From the NCBI GenBank assembly GCA_041649575.1, contig JBAZMW010000004.1:103131-135130 (forward strand): 32,000 nucleotides of DNA, written 5' to 3'. The notes under the pieces were generated by a model. It saw only the letters and a list, made by a program, of their open reading frames with translations. It had not been told where the DNA came from and made no database searches. Positions 19,363 to 26,903 of this stretch are shown one piece after another. The position numbers and the translations under genes were made by a program. Position 1 is the stretch's first letter, and every line of letters begins with the position of its first letter. Source of the DNA: Patescibacteria group bacterium (lineage in GTDB: Bacteria > Patescibacteriota > Patescibacteriia > 2-01-FULL-39-33).

Positions 19363-20910
19363 CTAATCCCAGAAGCCTTGACCGAGCGCTGACTCCAAAT
19401 GGAAATTGAATTCCCAGAATGACCTTTCCAGCCGCGGATTCCGCCCAACCATCTGCCGCGCCTGTTCGCCGTACCTTCCAGGCGAGTAGAATCGTCGGTA
19501 GATGTCTAGGCGCATCTTTTGTAGCTCTTCCGGCGTAGCACTTGGAATGCGAATGATCGGGTAATCCGTGGAGAACTTACTCAAGTCTTCAGTCACTAGT
19601 CCCCCGGCCTGGCGGATTGTCTCATACTGCTCGCTGCCGGGTGAAGGCATCATCCAGGAAAGACGAATCTCGTCGCAGGGAACTTCGCAGATGGCATCGG
19701 CTTCCGCCTGCAGGTCTTCCACGCTCTCGCCCCAATCGCCGAGAATGTAGTAGAACTTGGAAAGCAACCCGATGTTGCGTAAGGTGTGTGCGAGATCGGA
19801 TGCTCGCTTCCTCCACTGGGCGATATCCGGCGCCCCGCTCTTCTTTTGACAGATGAGCGACTCAACGCCAATGCCCACCTCGGTGCAACCACCGCGCTTC
19901 ATGTGCTCGAATATCTGGATATCGGCATCAGCGCGAGCCATGGCATACCAGGGCAGCCCAGTGCGGCCAAGTTCTTGGCAAAGATGGGTAATCCGAGGCA
20001 AGCCGCCGCCGTAGAAGTTGAGATCCACCGCGAAGCCGAAGTTTACTCCGAGCTGCTCTTGGCACTGCCGCACCTCGTCGATGATATTGCCAACATCGCG
20101 GTACATCACCTTGGGTCTAGAGCCGTCTTTGGGAAACATTTTGTTCGACTGGCACCAGAAGCAGTTTCTGGGACAGCCACGTGACCAGACGAACAGTGCC
20201 GCTCGTTGCTTGCTCGGGGCAGGATAATACAAGCCAAAACGACGGTTGCGGCTCATCATTTCCGGCGTGCGCAAGGGAACGGGGTTGAGGTTGGGATCGA
20301 AGCGGGAGAAGTTGTTGACCCACAGCTCGCCTGCCCGATAGATCACGCCGCGAATTTCCTCTCGGTTGATGTGACCGTGGAAGTATTCCGACAAGTCACC
20401 CAGTGTCCAATCCGCTTCTCCGCAAACCACGAAGTCGAACAATTCAAGGCTGTTTCCGACAAATTCCTTTTCTTCTTCCGGCGCGACCGATCCCACAGTG
20501 GCTGAGCTGAGCTCTTGAGCCAGGTTGAGCGCATGATAACCGCCCAATACTGTCCGAATTTGAAATCGCCGTGGTTCTGGTGTCTGTTTGATCCGTCTGG
20601 CGATCTCGGCCACAATCGGATAGTTGTAGGTCATGCAGGAGAAAGCCACGATGTCGGGGTCGCCTTCCAATACTTCCTCCATACTAATGTTCGCCGAGTT
20701 GGGAAATACAACACGAACTTCGTAGTCGTGGTTCCTAAGCCATGAGGCCACATAACATGCTCCGATCGGTTCGTGTACCCGCGGAGCGATGCCGATCTGA
20801 TCCAGGCAAATCCCACTTCCCGCCCTTTTTTCCACCACGCACTTGGCGCTCCCCGGATCAACGATGTTGATTCTTCTTGCTCCGTACATACTCGAATCTC
20901 GCATCTCCAT
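19363..20910 (-). CDS. B12-binding-domain radical SAM protein
   Basis: N-terminal cobalamin-binding-like domain and FVWSRGCPRNCFWCQSNKMFP (CxxxCxxC); start chosen after GAGGAGG SD. Confidence 0.85.
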   Translation of the reverse strand: MEMRDSSMYGARRINIVDPGSAKCVVEKRAGSGICLDQIGIAPRVHEPIGACYVASWLRNHDYEVRVVFPNSANISMEEVLEGDPDIVAFSCMTYNYPIVAEIARRIKQTPEPRRFQIRTVLGGYHALNLAQELSSATVGSVAPEEEKEFVGNSLELFDFVVCGEADWTLGDLSEYFHGHINREEIRGVIYRAGELWVNNFSRFDPNLNPVPLRTPEMMSRNRRFGLYYPAPSKQRAALFVWSRGCPRNCFWCQSNKMFPKDGSRPKVMYRDVGNIIDEVRQCQEQLGVNFGFAVDLNFYGGGLPRITHLCQELGRTGLPWYAMARADADIQIFEHMKRGGCTEVGIGVESLICQKKSGAPDIAQWRKRASDLAHTLRNIGLLSKFYYILGDWGESVEDLQAEADAICEVPCDEIRLSWMMPSPGSEQYETIRQAGGLVTEDLSKFSTDYPIIRIPSATPEELQKMRLDIYRRFYSPGRYGEQARQMVGRNPRLERSFWEFNFHLESALGQGFWD

Positions 20911-21023
20911 GACTAACCTCCTCATCCCTTTTCAGGTTGTAAGGTTCTCTGTACGCCAAGCGATCAATTTAAAAGCCGAGCGATTGGCTCGGCCACATGA
21001 ATCGCTTGATTGTAAAGATAACT

Positions 21024-21809
21024 TTAAACTTGATGTTCCAAAAATTTCCACATCATCTCAAAATAAATTCGATGCGTCTGCGCGAAGTCCTTGCTTTCAA
21101 TCACCACAATAATGTTTTCTTCCCTAGTAGAAAACATAGCCAGCTTGTCGCCGAAGATTATTTCCGAGGAGGGAAATTCAAAACCCTTTGGCGCTAGTCT
21201 GGTCTCTCGATCATATTGTTTGTCAGCTGACTGCATCTTGAGCGCCAACTCAGAACTCTCATTAATCGCTCGGCTGGAAATACCAGCTTTGATTTTTCTT
21301 TTTTGTATTTCCCACAGGAATTCTTCACCAACAAATTTAACAAAAGTCTCAATACGCGCAATACTCAAAAAATCTGTGCCGCCAAAATTTAAAATTTCGT
21401 TCCAAACTTTTCTAAACCCATCTTCTCCGGTATAAACTCTGATTTGCGGCTTGAAATCCGATTCGGCCACGATAGTTTTTATCAGTGGCAAAATTTCCTC
21501 TACGGCTTGTTTGGAACGGCTAAGACGATCATGCTGCGCGTCCAAAAGCGAGTAAAGAGTGTTGGTCGGGCTTTCCACGACAATCCTTCTTTTTTTACCG
21601 CGTTTCACCTCGGCTAGATAACCTTTCTTTTTCAACCGCTCCACTAAATCATAGGCGGTCCCGCGGCTAAGCTGGGTGTCTTTGGCAATAGAAATGATGC
21701 TGGAATCGGCGTTTTGCAGAATCGACAAGTAAACTAGAGTTTCTTTGTCTGATAATCCTAGTTGTGAAAGGGCGTCAGTTATTTGCGTTTGCTGAATTTT
21801 ATTCAACAT
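21024..21809 (-). CDS. TrmB-family transcriptional regulator (second)
   Basis: LGLSDKETLVYLSILQNADSSIISIAKDTQLSRGTAYDLVERLKKKGYLAEVKRGKKRRIVVE wHTH plus C-terminal domain. Confidence 0.88.
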   Translation of the reverse strand: MLNKIQQTQITDALSQLGLSDKETLVYLSILQNADSSIISIAKDTQLSRGTAYDLVERLKKKGYLAEVKRGKKRRIVVESPTNTLYSLLDAQHDRLSRSKQAVEEILPLIKTIVAESDFKPQIRVYTGEDGFRKVWNEILNFGGTDFLSIARIETFVKFVGEEFLWEIQKRKIKAGISSRAINESSELALKMQSADKQYDRETRLAPKGFEFPSSEIIFGDKLAMFSTREENIIVVIESKDFAQTHRIYFEMMWKFLEHQV

Positions 21810-21812
21810 ATA

Positions 21813-21841
21813 ATTTTATTATTTTGTTAATATTTAGTCAA
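21813..21841 (-). promoter_or_regulatory. Promoter of the second TrmB gene
   Basis: Minus strand TTGACT-17 nt-TAAAAT ending 3 nt before the start ATG. Confidence 0.65.
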
Positions 21842-21980
21842 TTATATCCGTCTTTTTTTTAAAAATAATACTTTATTATATTTAAATTTAGATAATAAGT
21901 AGCTAATAAAAAAATGACGGATTACATCGTCATTATATATTATTCTAAATATTATTGTCAAGTTTTTATGTATTTTATTA

Positions 21981-22009
21981 TTGACAAAACATTGTTTGTG
22001 TGCTATAGT
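21981..22009 (+). promoter_or_regulatory. Promoter
   Basis: TTGACA-17 nt-TATAGT, upstream of the ORF at 22058. Confidence 0.7.
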
Positions 22010-22057
22010 AATAGTACAGTTCACTAACCGAAGCCCATAACCGAAGGAGAAATGGCG

Positions 22058-22354
22058 ATGAAGAAAACGGTGTTATCGGAAGCTCTGCCGCGGGCGAACA
22101 AAGGACAATTCTTTCTGTTCCTGGTTCGCATGATGCGCCGCAATGGCGTCGGCTGCAAGGATCGTCGGCGCATGATGAACGCACTCCGCGCCGGTCTCGA
22201 GGCCAGCGTTTGGGCCGCCATCGGGCGTGCCAAGACCGCGGCAACGATTGCCAAACGCCTTGCGTCGGCTGCGATCGCTGGCGGTCACAAGGGCCGGGAG
22301 AACCACCTGCAATTCATCTTCCAGCTCTGTGTCGTGCCTGGGTTGCCGTCGTAG
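22058..22354 (+). CDS. Small basic hypothetical protein
   Basis: AAGGAG SD 8 nt from ATG; MKKTVLSEALPRANKGQFFLFLVRMMRR...; promoter upstream and hairpin downstream. Confidence 0.55.
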   Translation: MKKTVLSEALPRANKGQFFLFLVRMMRRNGVGCKDRRRMMNALRAGLEASVWAAIGRAKTAATIAKRLASAAIAGGHKGRENHLQFIFQLCVVPGLPS

Positions 22355-22397
22355 CTCTAGACAAACACTGCCGGCCTCGCCTCGCACAAGTAGTACC

Positions 22398-22421
22398 CCA
22401 CGTGTTCCTCGGAGCACGTGG
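22398..22421 (+). terminator. Hairpin, weak terminator
   Basis: CCACGTG-N10-CACGTGG followed by CTTTAATTTTG. Confidence 0.5.
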
Positions 22422-22442
22422 CTTTAATTTTGTCTAAATTTA

Positions 22443-22481
22443 TATAAAAAAAACGACGGCAACGAGGGGAGTCGTTGCCGT
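22443..22481 (-). terminator. Strong intrinsic terminator
   Basis: Minus strand ACGGCAACGA-N6-TCGTTGCCGT followed by CGTTTTTTTTAT. Confidence 0.85.
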
Positions 22482-22515
22482 AGACGTGTGCAAAAAAGGC
22501 GGTGTGCTGGTCTGG

Positions 22516-22824
22516 TCAGCCTCTTGCGAAGCAGCAGACATCCGGCGGGGTTCGTCTGGCGGTTGACCCTCTCGTCATCCTCTGACGATTGTGGTGGAAG
22601 AAGAAGACGTCGCCCTTGAGACTGGCCCAGCCGGTAACCGTTGAGCGGTTGACCTGAATTCTGGCCGCCATCTTGGTCTGTCGCCGATCAAGATAGTCCG
22701 GCTCAAGCTCACCATCTTTGATCTTCCAGGGAAGATTGACACATCGTATCTGCAACCTGTCGATGACTCTGCCATCTGGCAAAACCACCAACGTTTTACC
22801 TGTTTTTCTCCAAATTGGCTTCAT
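22516..22824 (-). CDS. Small hypothetical protein
   Basis: GGGAG SD 8 nt before ATG; MKPIWRKTGKTLVVLPDGRVIDRLQIRCVN...; strong terminator downstream. Confidence 0.6.
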   Translation of the reverse strand: MKPIWRKTGKTLVVLPDGRVIDRLQIRCVNLPWKIKDGELEPDYLDRRQTKMAARIQVNRSTVTGWASLKGDVFFFHHNRQRMTRGSTARRTPPDVCCFARG

Positions 22825-23042
22825 TTGCGCATCTCCCATGGGCTAGAGACCAACAACATACTAACTAAATTTTATTTCTCTTAATGTTTTTTGTCAAATA
22901 AGGTTTATTTTTGTTAAAATTAGGTAAAAAATACTAAAATTAGGCAGATAAAAACAAGAAATTATTTTTTATTTTAAGCAAATCTATGTTTATAGGTATT
23001 TTATTAAATTTTGTGGACAAACTGTGTTTTTAGTGGATAAAT

Positions 23043-23062
23043 GTCTAGACATGTCTAGACAA
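23043..23062. promoter_or_regulatory. 20-nt perfect palindrome, operator-like
   Basis: TGTCTAGACATGTCTAGACA: two tandem TGTCTAGACA palindromes that are also palindromic as a whole. Confidence 0.6.
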
Positions 23063-23129
23063 AAGTCATACGGAAAGAGTAGTTTTGGTCAACGGATATT
23101 TTAAAATAAAGATAAAAAGATAAATAATA

Positions 23130-23158
23130 TTGACTGATTTTTTATTATTTTACATAAT
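23130..23158 (+). promoter_or_regulatory. Promoter
   Basis: TTGACT-17 nt-CATAAT upstream of 23241. Confidence 0.6.
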
Positions 23159-23240
23159 TAAAAATAGCACCTTAGTGAACAAAACTCGGAAAAGCAGCGA
23201 GTTCCCTGTGAAATGGCGGATAAAACGGAAGGAGGGGGTT

Positions 23241-23732
23241 ATGAAGAAGCTGTGCTCGTTATCGCTAGCAGTGTTTGTCTGTTTGTCGGCATTCTGGTGG
23301 TTTTCCAACAAGGCCAGCGCCCAGGAAAAACCGGTATTTTATGTGAAGACGGTGTTGCCTTTGAGCCACGGTTCGGAGCTCAACGAAGTCTATCTGGAGA
23401 AGATGGAGGCGCAGAGGGCAGTTCAGAAAGCCGAAATCTGGCGTAAAATTTTGGCTGAAAGAGCCAAAATAGCCAGAATTCTCCCCAAACTCACAGACAG
23501 AGAAGACTCGCAGGCGGCGATGAACTACATGCGGTCGGTGGAGTGCTTGGAGGCCGAGCCGGGCAGCATAGACGATCTCTACCAGGAATACCGGCGGATC
23601 AAGGGTGAGGAAATGGTGGTTCGGGTAAAGGGAGACTACGAACCAGGCCAGATACTGTCGGCTCTGCCCGAAGAGGCATCTGTCGGCGGCAATGGTGGGA
23701 GCGATCGGGCCAAAGACGAGAAACAGCGCTAG
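23241..23732 (+). CDS. Secreted/periplasmic hypothetical protein
   Basis: AAGGAGGGGG SD; signal peptide MKKLCSLSLAVFVCLSAFWWFSNKASAQ; terminator downstream. Confidence 0.75.
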   Translation: MKKLCSLSLAVFVCLSAFWWFSNKASAQEKPVFYVKTVLPLSHGSELNEVYLEKMEAQRAVQKAEIWRKILAERAKIARILPKLTDREDSQAAMNYMRSVECLEAEPGSIDDLYQEYRRIKGEEMVVRVKGDYEPGQILSALPEEASVGGNGGSDRAKDEKQR

Positions 23733-23770
23733 AGGGAAATCTGTTTGGCTGTCTCGAGTTTTGTATAAAT

Positions 23771-23799
23771 GGTCTGACCAGCGGTCGGGCCGTTTTTTT
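23771..23799 (+). terminator. Intrinsic terminator
   Basis: GGTCTGACC-AGC-GGTCGGGCC (two G.U pairs) followed by GTTTTTTT. Confidence 0.75.
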
Positions 23800-23867
23800 G
23801 TCTAAAATTGTTAGTATTTTTGGCTGTATTATTTTTTATTACTGGTGGATAAATTATAATAAATATT

Positions 23868-23942
23868 AATGTTTCACAAATGTTTCACGGCTTATTTTAC
23901 TCTAAATTTAAACGAAATTTGAATGTTTCACAAATGTTTCAC
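23868..23942. repeat. Four AATGTTTCAC direct repeats, as two pairs with 11-bp spacing
   Basis: Copies begin at 23868, 23879, 23922 and 23933. Confidence 0.85.
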
Positions 23943-23967
23943 AGAAATTTTTTTGAAAATAAAGAAG

Positions 23968-23997
23968 CTCACGCCGGTCGTTTTCACGAGGCGTGAG
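23968..23997 (-). terminator. Intrinsic terminator
   Basis: Minus strand CTCACGCC-N14-GGCGTGAG followed by CTTCTTTATTTTC. Confidence 0.7.
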
Positions 23998-24023
23998 CAG
24001 GTACGAAGCTGCCGACTTCTTTT

Positions 24024-24596
24024 TCAGAAGCGCAGCAGCAGTCTTGGACGACGCAGACCGACTATCCGGAGCGTGATGCTCTGTCTTGGCGGTTTGTTCT
24101 GGTTGAGGTCGACGACTTTCACCCAAAACCCGTAGTCGGTTTTGACGATATCACCCTTTTTGACACGGAAAGCTTTGAACTTGCGCCATTTCCGGCCAAA
24201 CAGTTGGTTGTGGCGGCATTCGCCAAAGACCGGCAAGAAGTCGTTGGGGTCGTTCTTGGCGAAGGTGAAAGTGACGCAGACACGGCTGATGAAATCCTCC
24301 ACTATGTCGCAGCGCTGATTCAGGCCCAGGCAGATTGTCTCTTGCTCCAGCTGCCATTGCCAACCCAGATAAGTCCACAGTCTTCCGAATATGATGACGA
24401 CCACCATGACGGCCGCCAGCATTAACGGATATTTGGCTACGGCCAGCCCGGCGCCAGCATAGATAGGCAAGCTGGCGATGATGCTTGCGAAAAGGATCAT
24501 CTTGAGCCAGTCCTCAAACCATTTTTCGCAAATAAGCAAGGGAAAGGAAGGCGGAGCTTCTTCCCGGGGGAGTTCTTGCAGCGCCTGTAGATTCAT
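24024..24596 (-). CDS. Membrane hypothetical protein
   Basis: GGAGGA SD before the internal ATG; hydrophobic ILFASIIASLPIYAGAGLAVAKYPLMLAAVMVVVIIFG. Confidence 0.7.
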   Translation of the reverse strand: MNLQALQELPREEAPPSFPLLICEKWFEDWLKMILFASIIASLPIYAGAGLAVAKYPLMLAAVMVVVIIFGRLWTYLGWQWQLEQETICLGLNQRCDIVEDFISRVCVTFTFAKNDPNDFLPVFGECRHNQLFGRKWRKFKAFRVKKGDIVKTDYGFWVKVVDLNQNKPPRQSITLRIVGLRRPRLLLRF

Positions 24597-24641
24597 GACA
24601 TTATCCTCCAAAGTTGACCTAAAGCCCAAGGTGCTATTTAG

Positions 24642-24670
24642 AAAATAGCTTAAAAAGCTCTAATTGTAAA
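24642..24670 (-). promoter_or_regulatory. Promoter of the membrane protein gene
   Basis: Minus strand TTTACA-17 nt-TATTTT. Confidence 0.45.
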
Positions 24671-24781
24671 GGATTATCTTGCCAAACCTGGTTTTTTTTG
24701 ATAAAATATTTTTTGTTCAACCTGGGACATTGGGCATCAAGCAGGACAGCCTTAAGAAGCGGAAGGAGGTGAGTTTTTGAG

Positions 24782-25015
24782 ATGAAGACTTTCGGCGAAA
24801 TCTGTTCGACTCTTGCTATTCTAGCTTGCGTTGTGGTTTTGTCACTGGGTGTGTTACACGCCTGGAAGGACGGCGCCAACGACAGTATAAGCGAAATCGA
24901 TCAGAAGCTGGAGCGCATGCGTTCCATGTCGCCCCAGCAGTACTACGACGCGGAGAAGAAGGAGTTGCTCCGCGTCAAGGGGAACACCGAGGTGTTTCTG
25001 GCTTCTCTGCCTTGA
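24782..25015 (+). CDS. Small single-TM hypothetical protein (77 aa)
   Basis: GGAGGTGAG SD; MKTFGEICSTLAILACVVVLSLGVLHAWKDG...; 10-bp hairpin CGGTGGTTTG/CAAACCACCG downstream (25021-25049). Confidence 0.7.
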   Translation: MKTFGEICSTLAILACVVVLSLGVLHAWKDGANDSISEIDQKLERMRSMSPQQYYDAEKKELLRVKGNTEVFLASLP

Positions 25016-25164
25016 GTATTCGGTGGTTTGGCGCGCAGTCAAACCACCGGTAAATAGATATTAAAGTAATTAATTATAATTCGGGCCTTTAGCTTCCGCC
25101 TTGGCTCGTCTTGCTCACCAAGGCGAGACAGACAGTTGGCTAGAGGAATCGCCCCACACCTTTT

Positions 25165-25237
25165 GGGCCCTTAGCTCATCTGGTAGAGCGCATCCATGGC
25201 ATGGATGAGGTGACCGGTTCGATCCCGGTAGGGTCCA
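25165..25237 (+). tRNA. tRNA-Ala(GGC)
   Basis: GGGCCCT/AGGGTCC, CATCC ATGGCAT GGATG, CCGG TTCGATC CCGG. Confidence 0.93.
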
Positions 25238-25381
25238 AAAGGTGTGGGGAGGTCAAGGGTTGAAATCCCTTAATGTCAAAAAGTAGTATAATAACTGACG
25301 AAGTTAGTTTTTTAGGCCATTATAAATGTGGCTTTTTTTATTTAAATTTAGAAAAAATATTAATATTTTTAATAATTGCTA

Positions 25382-25410
25382 TTGACAAATTTTTGCATAT
25401 ATGCTAATAT
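25382..25410 (+). promoter_or_regulatory. Promoter
   Basis: TTGACA-17 nt-TAATAT. Confidence 0.7.
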
Positions 25411-25434
25411 TATTTTACGGAAAGGAGGTGGACA

Positions 25435-25476
25435 ATGGCGTGGGCAATTCCCGAGTTAGCTTGGGAAGGCCCCTAA
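25435..25476 (+). CDS. Candidate 13-aa peptide MAWAIPELAWEGP
   Basis: AAAGGAGGTG SD ideally spaced from ATG; short ORF ending TAA. An overlapping +frame ORF (to 25586) is an alternative. Confidence 0.4.
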   Translation: MAWAIPELAWEGP

Positions 25477-25668
25477 ACACACCGGAGTTCCCCGACTATA
25501 CCCACCCTGGAAAAGCTTTTATGCGGTTGTCGCGACTGCGCGATCAGATCGTCTCTAAGAGCGCCCAGGGTCTTTATTTTGTCTAATTTATAGTTCTAAA
25601 ATCATTCCATGGTTCTTATAGATAAAATATAATGGCCAATAAGATTGTTTTTTATTTTTGAATAACGA

Positions 25669-25697
25669 TTGACGAATTGGGTCTAATATTGTAAAAT
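25669..25697 (+). promoter_or_regulatory. Promoter
   Basis: TTGACG-17 nt-TAAAAT upstream of 25777. Confidence 0.6.
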
Positions 25698-25776
25698 GGC
25701 GGTAATATTGGACAGGTGTCCAATGGGTCATTGGTGAAGTTTCACAGTAGAACCGTACCTTGAAAGGAGATCTCCC

Positions 25777-26664
25777 ATGGAGGCGAGAAAGATCGCGATG
25801 GCGTGTTTCATCGGTGGTGCGTTTTGTTGCGCGGTAGCGTTGGCGCTGACGCCGGTCTACTGGTGGCTTGGCATCATCGCGGGAGTGGCGGGCGGTTATG
25901 TCAGCTATGAGTTTCGCGAGGTGCGCAAAGCGATCCCCATCGCTCTGCGCGCCGCCGGGCAGGGAAGCGTGCAGTTGTGGGACAGGGCGAAAGCCCTGGT
26001 TTCCAAGCCTCACCCGTTCCTTTACTCTGGCGCAGCCCTTGCATTGCCGCTCTTTGTGTTTTGGCTTGGCCCGGCAATACTGTCCGATTGGGCGAAAGGG
26101 CCGTTTTCCAGCGTCTTGGTCGTGCCTTTGATGTTTGTCATGTACTGCGAGGTATCATTCATACTGGGCGTGTTTTTCGTCGTCCCTGCTTTCATAGGCG
26201 CCAGATTCGGCGAACGATGCTATTGGTGGCCTTTCACTATATTGGTCAGTTATCCAGAGGAGGTGGCTGAAGAGCTTGAAGCAGGAGGTCTTCGGCGCGA
26301 ACCGCTGAATTATCGGAACTTTGTTCGTTGGTTCGCGGAAGGACTGGGACTCACGATTCTGTTTTTTACGTGGACGCTCTGGGTGTATCTCGCTATTGGT
26401 GTATGGATGGCGTTTTGCTTCCTCGGCCGGTTCGCGTGGCACCTGTTCAGGCTGGTCCACTCGCAGAAGCGGGCGCTCTGCGCGATCGACGGGACAATAG
26501 GCGGCGTCGTGAGCTATGTCTGGCTCGCCTCGTCGGCCACGTCGTTTCCGGAACAGGCGGTACTCGTCGTCTTCGGCGGACTCCTTGGCGCCGCGCTCGG
26601 CGTGGCGAACTGGGAGATCGTTTCCAAGCGAATCCTGCGCCTGGCTCATGTGAGAAGTGCCTAG
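25777..26664 (+). CDS. Multi-TM hypothetical membrane protein (295 aa)
   Basis: AAAGGAGATC SD; repeated hydrophobic stretches; terminator downstream. Confidence 0.75.
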   Translation: MEARKIAMACFIGGAFCCAVALALTPVYWWLGIIAGVAGGYVSYEFREVRKAIPIALRAAGQGSVQLWDRAKALVSKPHPFLYSGAALALPLFVFWLGPAILSDWAKGPFSSVLVVPLMFVMYCEVSFILGVFFVVPAFIGARFGERCYWWPFTILVSYPEEVAEELEAGGLRREPLNYRNFVRWFAEGLGLTILFFTWTLWVYLAIGVWMAFCFLGRFAWHLFRLVHSQKRALCAIDGTIGGVVSYVWLASSATSFPEQAVLVVFGGLLGAALGVANWEIVSKRILRLAHVRSA

Positions 26665-26699
26665 ATTCACAACGCAGAGTTGAACCAAGCTGACGGCCC

Positions 26700-26757
26700 G
26701 GCCCCGCGCGGTTTACAGGATGGTCCTGTACGACATCGCACGGGGCCTTCTTTTTTT
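26700..26757 (+). terminator. Intrinsic terminator with nested hairpin
   Basis: GGCCCCG ... CGGGGCC followed by TTCTTTTTTT; inner TACAGGA/TCCTGTA. Confidence 0.75.
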
Positions 26758-26903
26758 GATTAAATTATTTAATTTTTCATTCCCAATAAAACGAGGCGTT
26801 CTTTTGCACTCTTTTTGCACTTGTGGATTATTTTTAAATGATTTATAATTCTGATAATTTAAAGAAGCTAGGCAGGTTTTTGTAAAAATAACAAAAAAAT
26901 AAT

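Noticed and set aside
19224-19448. 74-aa minus ORF 19224-19448
   Set aside because: Read through tRNA-Arg antisense, its duplicated fragment and a hairpin; no coding support.
19568-20745. ORFs overlapping the radical SAM gene (19568-19750, 19786-20184, 20206-20505, 20343-20615 and others)
   Set aside because: Shadow frames of a GC-richer gene with clear radical SAM motifs.
22073-22417. 114-aa minus ORF (22073-22417) and + ORFs 22210-22437 and 22227-22427
   Set aside because: The overlapping + ORF at 22058 has a good SD, promoter and terminator. The choice is not certain, since no homolog is recognised.
25588-26693. ORFs 25588-26013(-), 25868-26131(+), 25977-26270(+), 26155-26688(-) and 26328-26693(+)
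   Set aside because: They overlap the 25777-26664 gene, which has the promoter, SD and terminator.
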